In this document: one piece after another, positions 19,263 through 28,743 of the stretch
Numbering within the stretch: the stretch's first letter is position 1
How the letters are laid out: each line of letters opens with the position of its first letter
DNA from: Candidatus Kapaibacterium sp.
GTDB taxonomy: Bacteria; Bacteroidota; Ignavibacteria; Kapaibacteriales; UBA2268
Assembly (NCBI GenBank): GCA_963665665.1
Contig: OY762428.1
Location: 352,001 to 416,000, forward strand
Reading direction: 5' to 3'
Length of the DNA stretch: 64,000 nt
The notes under the pieces: generated by a model
What the model was told of the DNA's origin: nothing
Seen by the model: only the letters and a program-made list of their open reading frames with translations
Database searches by the model: none
Program-made: the position numbers and the translations under genes

Positions 19263-20542
19263 AAACATCATCCCAGTTGTTAATACATTGATACAAAGTA
19301 ATACCGGGACTGATGATTTTCAATAAAATATCTTTAACAAATACATTTTCACGCCATTGTGATGTACTCCTTTTATCATTCTCTTTTATTAAACCTGTAG
19401 CCCCAGGGGGAAAAACGCTCACCTTCATCGATAATAGCCTGAGTAAGGAGAGCTGTGATCATCTTAGCATAAAGCCACGCTCGTGCAGAGTTTTTATCTT
19501 TTTTTGGTAAATGCCCCAAGCCAAATTGACTTTTTAGTTTTTTAAATGAAATTTCAACCTGCCATCTCATTCTATATAATTCTAAGATATTATTAGAAGA
19601 TATATCATTAATCAAAGAAGTCACCAAAACAATATAATCATTAAGTCCTAAAGCTGTAGAACTGATTGTCTGTTGTTTTCTAGCAAAATTCTTTTTTGCT
19701 TTCTTTCTGGATAACTCAGCTTGCTCCTTGCTTTTTTTGATAGCACATATACGTACAGGAATCTTTTTATTTTTTGAGGAGGAGGAGGAAATATAAAATA
19801 TTTTGTCAAATATTTGATCTAACTTTAAACTTTTTAATTCTTTAATAATATCAACTTTATCATTTTTACTATTATATAGTGTAAAACCTTTATGCTTATA
19901 TCTGACAACAAAATTTGCTTTCTTTCCGAGAATTTCTGAAATACCCTTATAACTGCAATATGCTCTGTCAATTAAAAAAAGATCAGAAGAGTTAATTTTG
20001 AAATTAGATATAGACTCACCGACTTTTGGGCTGGTAATAATAAATTCGTCACACTTGAGGTTGAACAGATTATGGCTGTAATGAAGTCTCCAGTCAGTAC
20101 CTGTTGACCCCGGCTCAGTAACAACAGACGCATCGATACATCTTACATTGAAATCCGACAGCCATTCTGGGGAATCTAATGATATCCCCCTATTATGAAT
20201 CAATCCTAATGCAATCCAGCGAAGCCAATCAGCAGACGTCCTCATTTTTTTTAATAACGCAACATCTGATATATCTATATTTCTTTCATATTTAAGCTTA
20301 GTAGCAACCACCCTCATAGAATGCCCCGTTGCTACATGCATAAGTATTGCTCGAAGTTGCTCAGAAGGTGAATCAAATGCCCTGCGACGTTGGAAAGCCT
20401 GGAGTTCTTTAGCCTTTAATTCCCATCCCAAAGGAAGTAAGGTTGTAACTACATCCCATTCTTCTATATGCTTGTTGTACTTTTCCATTTACAAATATAA
20501 AAAAATTATATATAAAAATCAAACACTAAGTTAGCGCTTATG
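19187..20542 (-). mobile_element. Complete IS4-family (IS186-like) insertion sequence, 1356 bp
   Basis: TIRs CATATGCGCTAACTTAGTG (19187-19205) and CACTAAGTTAGCGCTTATG (20524-20542), 18/19 match; TSD CTACTTACTCC at 19176-19186 and 20543-20553. Confidence 0.95.
19376..20488 (-). CDS. IS4 family DDE transposase
   Basis: ISDVALLKK, CIDAS..PGSTGTDWRLH, IDRAY, YRMRWQVEISFKKLKS (YREK signature). Confidence 0.95.
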   Translation of the reverse strand: MEKYNKHIEEWDVVTTLLPLGWELKAKELQAFQRRRAFDSPSEQLRAILMHVATGHSMRVVATKLKYERNIDISDVALLKKMRTSADWLRWIALGLIHNRGISLDSPEWLSDFNVRCIDASVVTEPGSTGTDWRLHYSHNLFNLKCDEFIITSPKVGESISNFKINSSDLFLIDRAYCSYKGISEILGKKANFVVRYKHKGFTLYNSKNDKVDIIKELKSLKLDQIFDKIFYISSSSSKNKKIPVRICAIKKSKEQAELSRKKAKKNFARKQQTISSTALGLNDYIVLVTSLINDISSNNILELYRMRWQVEISFKKLKSQFGLGHLPKKDKNSARAWLYAKMITALLTQAIIDEGERFSPWGYRFNKRE

Positions 20543-20638
20543 CTACTTACTCCCCTGCTCGGCGAGATAGTAACAATTGATAATAACGCCTTGTCGAATT
20601 ACTGGTGGGAAAAAGAGATAAAAGCGGAAAGCAAATAA
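20543..20638 (+). pseudogene. Detached 3' end of the MBL-fold hydrolase
   Basis: Reads LLTPLLGEIVTIDNNALSNYWWEKEIKAESK*, in frame with 18123.. once the IS and one TSD copy are removed. Confidence 0.9.
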
Positions 20639-20656
20639 AATTGATATGATTCAATC

Positions 20657-20689
20657 AGATGTCCAACACATTAAAGGTGCTGGACATCT
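20657..20689. terminator. Hairpin between convergent genes (probable terminator)
   Basis: AGATGTCCAACAC-attaaag-GTGCTGGACATCT. Confidence 0.55.
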
Positions 20690-20704
20690 AAAATAATTAT
20701 TCAC

Positions 20705-22825
20705 TTACATTTTTTTCCTTACAATCCTGAATCCTACATAATGCTGGTACACTTTTGGGCCGAGGCCGCCGCGATACCATGATGTGCATTTACCCGGAGA
20801 GTCCATGTATGATCCGCCCCTCAGAACAACTTCCTGGTATTCATAATCTGCGTTTTTAACTGGGTCGTTTTCCGGTGACTCCTCGTAGAAATAAGAATCA
20901 AAACCATCATGACACCATTCTGCCACATTACCATGCATATCGTATAACCCCCAACTGTTTGCTTCTTTCTGCCTTACAGCCTGAGTATGATCGACATAGT
21001 CTTCAGTTGTCCAGCCCATATCAGAAATATTGCCGTCATAATCTCCGGTACTACCCGCTCGGCAGGCATATTCCCATTCTGCTTCAGTTGGCAGGCGGTA
21101 TCCGTTAGCATCAAAATTGCAGGTTACTTCCTTGGCATGTTCCTCACCGCTTATTGTATAGCATGGCGTAAGGCCTTCGATAGTTGATAGTTCATTGCAG
21201 AATTTCACAGCTCTGAACCAATTTACCTGGTCAACCGGATTCTGATCTCCCGGATGTTTGCTGGGGTTGGATACATCTCCGAACACTTCCTTCCACTGTG
21301 TTTGTGTTATTTCTGTTTCGGACATGAAGAAATCATAAGAAATATTCACTTTATGAACAGGTTTGGACCAATCACCAGATTCCGAGCCCATCATAAATGA
21401 GCCTTTGCTTATAGGAATCATTTTTACAATATTTGTATAAATATTATATTCATAATCATTACTGAACTTACCGCCGGCAAAAACATTTATAAAACCGTTA
21501 TTTTCCACGTGAGGGAATTTGAATTCTATTCGCGTATCTTCCCATGAAACATAGTTGGCTTCAGTTAGAATATCTTCATTTATTTTAATGTAGCCGTCAT
21601 TTCTTATCGGCCCGAAATTTTTTCCATAAAGTACAATTGTCTCGCCAATCGAAGGAGTTGCAGGCTGCATATCAATAATTTCCGGATTAACATTCTCGAC
21701 GGTATAATCCATTTTGTTGCTGAATTTTTCCCATATCACAACCTGTAGTTTACCATCCCTTATTCCTGAGGGAACAACGAAAACAATTTTAGTTGAAGTT
21801 TTTTCGATAATTGATTCAATTGGAACAACTATTTCATTCATATAAATAATTATGGGAGCATGTGTATCGCCAAAATTGAAACCCTCAATTATAAAAGTAT
21901 ATCCGGGCCTTGCAATAGTTGTAGGCAAATAATCGATAACCGGAACGTCATCGCCAACGGCAAAATCAACCGAATTGCTTTCCTTGCTGCCAAGAACAAC
22001 CCTGAGAAGGCCGCTTTCGGCACCTTCAGGAATTTTAAAACGAATTTTGTAATCAGACCAGGAAACAATATCGGAAGAAGAAGTTTCAGTTTCATGGATT
22101 TTAACTTTTCCGGCTGTTGAACCGAAAAACTTACCATATATTTCAATCTCATCCCCGGTGGCTCCGCCCCTAACCGATAATGAATCAATTTCTGGTTTAC
22201 TATCCAGAATTGTGAAATCAATCGAATTGGACTCATCTCCGTCAACTCTTAGGAACAATTTCCCGGAAACAGCAGTTTCAGGAACATTAACAACTATCTC
22301 GGTATCAGACCATTTACTATAATCCGATGATTCAGGCTTTTCACCATTAAAACTTACATAATTATCTCCTCTCGAATCACCGAAATTTACACCTTCAATC
22401 ATCATTTCCCCGCCGGGATAAACCTCATCGGGATTAATTGTTGTTATTGTCGGTTTATCTTCAGAAAGAACTACAAATGGAACCGCGTTTGTTTTTACTC
22501 CGTTAATATTAACAGTTACATCCCCGGTTAAAGCATTTTGCGGAACTTTTAATTTGATTTTTGTATTGGTCCAACTAATATAATCAGATTCAGCTGCCAC
22601 ATTAATTTTAAATCTGACATAGCTTTCTCCTCTTTCATCGCCGAAATAATTACCGATAATGTTTACGGTTTCTCCTTTGTAGGCAGATTCCGGATCGATT
22701 TTTACGATACAAAGAGAATCCGGAAGTTCAATATTTTCATAAGGATCTGTTGCGCTGTCGTCGTCTCCGCAAGAAATAAAGTAAAAAGCTGTTACTAAAA
22801 TTAGGCTAAAAATCCTGAATTTCAT
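20705..22825 (-). CDS. Lipoprotein with tandem IPT/TIG domains and a C-terminal FGE-sulfatase (SUMF1) domain
   Basis: Lipobox FISC; about five I.G.NFG...W.D..I...P IPT repeats; FMMGS, TEITQ, RLPTEAEWEYACRAG, GLYDMHGNVAEWC, RGGS, GFRIV. Confidence 0.85.
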   Translation of the reverse strand: MKFRIFSLILVTAFYFISCGDDDSATDPYENIELPDSLCIVKIDPESAYKGETVNIIGNYFGDERGESYVRFKINVAAESDYISWTNTKIKLKVPQNALTGDVTVNINGVKTNAVPFVVLSEDKPTITTINPDEVYPGGEMMIEGVNFGDSRGDNYVSFNGEKPESSDYSKWSDTEIVVNVPETAVSGKLFLRVDGDESNSIDFTILDSKPEIDSLSVRGGATGDEIEIYGKFFGSTAGKVKIHETETSSSDIVSWSDYKIRFKIPEGAESGLLRVVLGSKESNSVDFAVGDDVPVIDYLPTTIARPGYTFIIEGFNFGDTHAPIIIYMNEIVVPIESIIEKTSTKIVFVVPSGIRDGKLQVVIWEKFSNKMDYTVENVNPEIIDMQPATPSIGETIVLYGKNFGPIRNDGYIKINEDILTEANYVSWEDTRIEFKFPHVENNGFINVFAGGKFSNDYEYNIYTNIVKMIPISKGSFMMGSESGDWSKPVHKVNISYDFFMSETEITQTQWKEVFGDVSNPSKHPGDQNPVDQVNWFRAVKFCNELSTIEGLTPCYTISGEEHAKEVTCNFDANGYRLPTEAEWEYACRAGSTGDYDGNISDMGWTTEDYVDHTQAVRQKEANSWGLYDMHGNVAEWCHDGFDSYFYEESPENDPVKNADYEYQEVVLRGGSYMDSPGKCTSWYRGGLGPKVYQHYVGFRIVRKKM

Positions 22826-22974
22826 AATGTCTCCGATTATGTTACATATATTAAATTTTTCATTTAACCATATAATTTGTAAAAAATCGGAATAAGAATC
22901 AAGATAAAAAATTAAAATTTTCTTTTTTTTATCAATAATTGTTTAAAAACCAATATAATCACTTGCTACTGTAA

Positions 22975-25900
22975 CTATTTTACAACCCTGAAAGAGAACT
23001 TTCTGATACCATCAATCACAATAAAATATATCCCGCTGCTTAAATCTCCGAATTCAAGCTTATAATCGAAATCAGATACTTTATATTTCAATGCATCTAT
23101 TGTTCTACCTCTTATATCGCTAATGTATATTTCATCAATATCCCGGACAGTTTTTATCTTAATGTAACTGTATGCCGGATTGGGATATACAGAATAATCA
23201 AAGTTGATTTCTGATTGATTTTCAATATAGAACCATTCCGGATTTGTTGCAATTTTACCCGATCCTTCCGGGCTACAGCCGTATTTAGCGCTTATGAAAT
23301 TGCAAATCTGCATCATTTCTGAGTTATTCAGGTCTCTGTTATAAAATAGTATATCGGCCATTTTTCCTGAAAAACAGGCTGAATATGACTCTCCGGTATT
23401 ATAATCATGAAAGGCCGTGCGGCAGGCACCACCAATTGCAGACAAATCTGCATCACCTGTTGAATTATCAATACTCAACCCTGCAAAACTAAGCGGAGAG
23501 GAAAATTCTATCAGTGGAAAATTGCAGGTATAAAAGCCGGCAGTATAAGTTTTGCCGTTATAATTAATTATTGCTATAAGTGGATTGTCCGATTCCTGAT
23601 AAACGCTTAGATTTGTCAGTATGCAATATGAATTTTGGAACCTGTTCCACATTCCAAAGCAAAGACAGGTATTCTCAATATAAATATTATAACCCGATTC
23701 CGGACCTCCGGCTTCAAATAATACTTCTCTTTCATCAGAATAATAAGTTGAAGCATTCAGCTTATCGGGATAAAATGCAAGGAATAAGGTTTTTGGAGAA
23801 TTATCCGGATCCCATTTATTAGTTTCCGCAGTTGTGATCCCGTCTGAATATGGAAGTGAAAATATATCCGACTGTCCATATTCGGTATTTCCTGTTTTCT
23901 TTTCATAGTTTACCAAAGGGACACCACTTACTGATCCGGAAATTGTAGGTGTTTTCAAATAGTCCGGTGCAGTAGCCATAATCGATCCTGATTTTGAATT
24001 CCAAGCAACTATCCTGTCGCCTATTGCAGCAGATATATCCAGAGGGTCAAGCCAAAAGTTAAAATCGGGAACTGGAAGACAATTCTCATTATCCAGTATC
24101 ATTACTCCCCCACCCGATCCGGAAATATGGGAAGTTATCAGCAAGCAGTCAGTTATAACTGTGCCGTCAAGCATAAAAGTACAATTCCGACATACAACAT
24201 TTCCACCGGCGTTGAATTCCGCAAAAACATTCGGGCTGAAGGCATTGAAAACAAAATTTTCTAAGACTACTGCCTCATCAGAATTTTGAATTATACACGG
24301 CGACGAGGATTGCAGAGTCTCGCCGTTGCCATTTATATTTATCCCCGATGGAGTGGTTTCTGGCAGACTTGTTCCTTCGTAAGGCCCTGATCCGGGATTA
24401 ATCTCTATCTGATCACCAAATGTAGCAGTTCTCAGTGCGGATTCAATAGTTTCTTTCGGGCCGTCATTGCCGGACGAGCTCGGATCCTCTCCGCTGTTGC
24501 CGTCATCACCACCGCTGCCCCCAACATATATAAACTCATGATTGGAACTGGCAAAATAGATATCAATATCATGGCTGTCTGTAATATTTGCCAAAGAGTA
24601 TGTAACGTCAGGATCGTTAATAGTAGTTCCGTTATCAATAATATAATCATTTTCATAATCCGGGCCTGAAGTGATATTTATCGTCAGATCCGAGTTGTGT
24701 TCAGCAATTATGCTGCCGGACGGATCGGCATTTCCACCCGTATGCGCAAGAATGTCAATTTCATAGCCATGCAAAATTATAATTTTATTCGACTGGAAAT
24801 CAATATGGTTAACACTTGTTGAATAATTGACGCCGTTATCAACAGTGGTTTGTTCATAATAGTCAGCAGCATCATTGAATGCGGCAATACATTCGGATGT
24901 GGCAATCAAAGAGGGTGCTGCATATTCTAAATCGATACTGTATTCGTTACCACGGTTATTTATACTCCATGCAGTATTAGTTAGTGAAGTATTATCATTT
25001 GTCAATGAAAAATCAAAATATGCATTTGCACCATGGTTGGTCAGATTTACGGGACAATAATTCCCATTTGAAATTAAGGGGATTTCAACAGTAGCAAAGC
25101 CCGGTATTTGAGTTGAAAACAAGGCATTATTTTTAGTTACAATTTCGGAAGAAGAAGAAAAAGCCACATCACCGGTTCTAAAAAAGCAGTTGTTCAGCTC
25201 AAGCCTTATATCCGAGCACGTTAATATACTTGTTTCGAAATTACCACCTATAAACACACAGGATTCATTCAGTTCCAGGGTATTTACACGGACATTAGCG
25301 CCAGGAACAACATTGATTTCTGAATTAATTGCAACATTTTCCGAAAATGTGCCGGCTGATATATTTAAAGTACCCCCGTCAGTCAGGGCATTAAGCCCGT
25401 TGGATATGGTAGCAAAAGCATCAATACCCCAACTGTGACCGTCGTTCGCGCATGTTTCGCAATAAGCAGAGTTCACCCATACCTCATCAATTGGCTTGAA
25501 GTTTTCTATAATGTTAACAACTCCATAATAAGTGTTACCCTCTTTATATTTATAACCACCAAAAATCAGCTTATTAGCATAAATTTTGCAGGAATATGCT
25601 GAATTCAGAAATTTTCTGGATAGCAATGGTACAAAGCATTCAATTAAGTCAACATTATCACCCTTAATTTTATACAGATATGCAGAGCCAACATCTTCTT
25701 TTTCTGAACCATTTATATCCGGGTTGGTTTTATACCCACAAGCAATTATGTATTCCTCGTCAAGATCAATTGAAATTGCAAAGAAATCATTACTTTCAGG
25801 ATCGCTCAGTTTCACTTTTTGCTTTTGTATCCAGTTGCCGGATTCGTATCTATAGTAATAAAAAGCACCTTCCTTGTATGCAGTTCCGGCATCCCCCTTA

Positions 25901-26709
25901 CAGCCAATTATCATGATATCATCCTGCAATGCTATTGAATTCCCGAACAATTCCGGATAATATGTCGGATCGGGATTATTTAGATTGGGATTAATATCAC
26001 CGCTTGGTGTTGAAATATCCAATATGTAGCAAAAACCATTATTCGAACCATAACATGCCTGCGGACAACCAATAACAACATTATCACCATCGATTGCAAG
26101 GCCCTCGCCAAAACCTCTTGCAGCCGGCAGATTATAATCATACCACAAACGTGATAAATCCCACTCATTAGTATTTTCATTGAATTGGTAAAGCCTTACA
26201 GCACCAATTTCCGTATATAAATTGTTAACTGATTCTTTTTTTGAGCTGATCAGCAAATTATGGCCATCAATATCCAATCGTGCCCCAAAATACGATTCCG
26301 ACTGGCCGGAAGGATCGGTAATATAATAGTTATCATCAATATCGTCCCAGTCAGACCCTTTTTTCATAATCCTTACCTGGTTCTGATTTGATGCACTTTT
26401 CCATGGAATAATGATCAATTCATCAGTTATTTCAATATCAATCATCTTGGATGCCTGTATCGAAGATGGAAAATTGATAGTGTTGATCACTGACCAGCTG
26501 CCAGATTCATTTTTCAGTATTTCCAGGTATTTATTGCCCGATATTACGTTGGATTTGCAGGCATAGTCACCATAAATTGCCAATAATTTCCCTGCAAATG
26601 ACTGATTATCCACATCGTGAACATATTCAGTCTGCTCATAAGCATAACATGAAATTGAAATTAACATTGCTATAATATATATTATTGTTGTTCTCATCTC
26701 TAACTCCAT
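22975..26709 (-). CDS. T9SS-secreted multidomain protein (FG-GAP-like propeller, beta-helix-like segments, LamG-like domain, CTD)
   Basis: Signal peptide; repeated FG.. / GA.Y.Y blades; YVGGSGGDDGNSG...PKETIESAL; G.MADILFYNRDL LamG-like end; VYPNPA...SSGIYFI CTD. Confidence 0.7.
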   Translation of the reverse strand: MELEMRTTIIYIIAMLISISCYAYEQTEYVHDVDNQSFAGKLLAIYGDYACKSNVISGNKYLEILKNESGSWSVINTINFPSSIQASKMIDIEITDELIIIPWKSASNQNQVRIMKKGSDWDDIDDNYYITDPSGQSESYFGARLDIDGHNLLISSKKESVNNLYTEIGAVRLYQFNENTNEWDLSRLWYDYNLPAARGFGEGLAIDGDNVVIGCPQACYGSNNGFCYILDISTPSGDINPNLNNPDPTYYPELFGNSIALQDDIMIIGCKGDAGTAYKEGAFYYYRYESGNWIQKQKVKLSDPESNDFFAISIDLDEEYIIACGYKTNPDINGSEKEDVGSAYLYKIKGDNVDLIECFVPLLSRKFLNSAYSCKIYANKLIFGGYKYKEGNTYYGVVNIIENFKPIDEVWVNSAYCETCANDGHSWGIDAFATISNGLNALTDGGTLNISAGTFSENVAINSEINVVPGANVRVNTLELNESCVFIGGNFETSILTCSDIRLELNNCFFRTGDVAFSSSSEIVTKNNALFSTQIPGFATVEIPLISNGNYCPVNLTNHGANAYFDFSLTNDNTSLTNTAWSINNRGNEYSIDLEYAAPSLIATSECIAAFNDAADYYEQTTVDNGVNYSTSVNHIDFQSNKIIILHGYEIDILAHTGGNADPSGSIIAEHNSDLTINITSGPDYENDYIIDNGTTINDPDVTYSLANITDSHDIDIYFASSNHEFIYVGGSGGDDGNSGEDPSSSGNDGPKETIESALRTATFGDQIEINPGSGPYEGTSLPETTPSGININGNGETLQSSSPCIIQNSDEAVVLENFVFNAFSPNVFAEFNAGGNVVCRNCTFMLDGTVITDCLLITSHISGSGGGVMILDNENCLPVPDFNFWLDPLDISAAIGDRIVAWNSKSGSIMATAPDYLKTPTISGSVSGVPLVNYEKKTGNTEYGQSDIFSLPYSDGITTAETNKWDPDNSPKTLFLAFYPDKLNASTYYSDEREVLFEAGGPESGYNIYIENTCLCFGMWNRFQNSYCILTNLSVYQESDNPLIAIINYNGKTYTAGFYTCNFPLIEFSSPLSFAGLSIDNSTGDADLSAIGGACRTAFHDYNTGESYSACFSGKMADILFYNRDLNNSEMMQICNFISAKYGCSPEGSGKIATNPEWFYIENQSEINFDYSVYPNPAYSYIKIKTVRDIDEIYISDIRGRTIDALKYKVSDFDYKLEFGDLSSGIYFIVIDGIRKFSFRVVK

Positions 26710-26861
26710 AGGAAAAATAAACTTTATTTAAATCAATAATATGTTAATTGTTCGAGAAAATCAATACCTATAAATATATACTCTAATAAAATACCATGTA
26801 ATACGTATGGGTAATAAGTATTTATACGTATTAGTATTAACTAAATATATCAGGAGCTTAT

Positions 26862-27503
26862 ATGAAAAAAATAATTTTAACTACATTTCTCATGTTTGGG
26901 TTTATTTTCATCCAGAATGCAGATGCAAAATCATTCAGGGTTAGTCAGATACCTAATGGAAGCAAATTTTCCTGTATGACATGCCATACATCCCCTAACG
27001 GAGGAGCCAGAAATGCATTTGGCAAAGCAATTGAAGATGATTTTCTATCAGGTGGTAATGTTGTCTGGAACGAAGTCTTGGCAGCTCTTGATTCTGATAA
27101 TGACGGATTCACTAACGGGGAGGAATTACAGGATCCTGATGGTGAATGGTCATCAGGTAGTGCAAATCCCGGAGATATGGATATGGTAACCAATCCCGGT
27201 GATGCAACAAGCCATCCAGATCCTAATTCTGTGAACGAATTAATTGCCAATCCTGTAAATGTATTTCCAAATCCGGTAGCAGACAATATTAACTTCGATT
27301 TTAAAAATTATGCCGGTGATAAAATCGAAATTTTTCTATACGATAATCTTGGAAATAAAATTGCTGATCTATATAATGGAACCAATCATTCTATTATTAA
27401 TGTTGATATTCGATCTCTTGGATTAAACCTTAGCTCAGGAATATACTATTATAAAGCCGTAATAAATCGAAAAACACTTAGTGGAAAAATTGTAATCAAT
27501 TGA
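26862..27503 (+). CDS. T9SS-secreted protein with CxxCH motif and temptin-like domain
   Basis: Signal peptide; IPNG..SCMTCH..GGARNAFG...W...DSDNDGFTNGEELQDP...NPG; CTD VFPNPV...SSGIYYY. Confidence 0.65.
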   Translation: MKKIILTTFLMFGFIFIQNADAKSFRVSQIPNGSKFSCMTCHTSPNGGARNAFGKAIEDDFLSGGNVVWNEVLAALDSDNDGFTNGEELQDPDGEWSSGSANPGDMDMVTNPGDATSHPDPNSVNELIANPVNVFPNPVADNINFDFKNYAGDKIEIFLYDNLGNKIADLYNGTNHSIINVDIRSLGLNLSSGIYYYKAVINRKTLSGKIVIN

Positions 27504-27529
27504 TAATTATTGTCATATTGGAAATAATA

Positions 27530-27560
27530 GCCCTGCATATAAACTGCAGGGTTTTTATTT
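27530..27560 (+). terminator. Intrinsic terminator
   Basis: GCCCTGCA...TGCAGGGTTTTTATTT. Confidence 0.6.
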
Positions 27561-27730
27561 TAAGTTGTGAAATTTTAACCATAAAATGATTTCTGTACAT
27601 AATAAAAATCTCTTTGTTGAAATCTCAACTTTTATGGTTATGGCTAAATACTATTGTGTTATATTGCGTTTCTTAATTTGGCAGCATATTTGATTTGCTG
27701 AAATATGACAATACAGGAAGTATTATATAA

Positions 27731-28564
27731 ATGTTTAAGTTCTTAAGAAAACCATACCCTTTTAGCGACGACCTGGCACATAACACCAAGGTAATATTCT
27801 TTCTTAGCCTTGGCGTTTTACTCTTTATGTTTATGTATCAGCCCTATGATTTCAGTATGACCGATAATATCGAGACTGCTAAATTAATATTTGGCCTTAC
27901 AGTAGTGATATTTCTTGTTATGAGTATAAACCTTTTACTATTGCCAATTTTTTTTAAAAAGCTTTTTCAGAAATCATCATGGAACATCGGCCGTGAAATA
28001 ATATGGAACCTTTGGCTGATACTAACTCTTGGTTTCGGTAATTTACTATACACTCAGTATATGGGTGTTCTTGATTTTAGTTTCTCGCTTGTTCTGAAAA
28101 TGATGGCATTTGCAATAGTGCCTGTTTCTGTTTTAATAACAATTAATCAGGACAGACAACTAAGGAAGAATCTGAAAACAGCTACTGAATTAAATATGAA
28201 ATTGCAGGAAAAGAAACAGAAAATTCAGACAATAAAATTTACATCTGATTATTCAAAGGATGACCTTCAGATTTCTCCCGATTCTATATTATATATTCAA
28301 TCTGCAGGAAATTATATTGAAATTATTTGGCAGGAAGGTGACGAACAAATAAAATCAATGATCAGAAGCAGCCTGAAAAAAGCCAAGGAGATAGTTCAGG
28401 ATTTCAGGTTTATTTATCAGTGCCATCGTTCATACATTGTAAATATCAATTATATTGATAAAATTGACGGCAATTATCAGGGATACAAACTCTACCTTAG
28501 GGGTATTGATAATCCGGTTCCTGTTTCACAGAATTATATAGCAGAATTACAAAATCTGATTTGA
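27731..28564 (+). CDS. Membrane-anchored LytTR family transcriptional regulator
   Basis: Four N-terminal TM helices; ILYIQSAGNYIEI...CHRSYIVN...PVS LytTR domain. Confidence 0.88.
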   Translation: MFKFLRKPYPFSDDLAHNTKVIFFLSLGVLLFMFMYQPYDFSMTDNIETAKLIFGLTVVIFLVMSINLLLLPIFFKKLFQKSSWNIGREIIWNLWLILTLGFGNLLYTQYMGVLDFSFSLVLKMMAFAIVPVSVLITINQDRQLRKNLKTATELNMKLQEKKQKIQTIKFTSDYSKDDLQISPDSILYIQSAGNYIEIIWQEGDEQIKSMIRSSLKKAKEIVQDFRFIYQCHRSYIVNINYIDKIDGNYQGYKLYLRGIDNPVPVSQNYIAELQNLI

Positions 28565-28599
28565 TATTTTTATAGATTTATTTGCAAATTTTAACTATA

Positions 28600-28635
28600 A
28601 TTTCGTCCCTAAAATCAGGTATTTCGTCCCTAAAA
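28600..28635 (+). promoter_or_regulatory. 15-bp direct repeat, probable LytTR binding site
   Basis: ATTTCGTCCCTAAAA at 28600-28614 and 28621-28635 (21-bp period), upstream of a TATGTTTG box and the NMO gene. Confidence 0.7.
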
Positions 28636-28743
28636 CCTGAATTAATCACAATTTAAGCATTCTTTGTCACGAGTATTTGTTTTATCATCAAAATCTTAAT
28701 ATGTTTGCGCGTACTTTTGATTTAAAGATATTTTGGAACGATA

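Noticed and set aside
20705-22825. Complete diversity-generating retroelement
   Set aside because: No reverse transcriptase, avd or template repeat seen in the window; kept only as a possible remote target.
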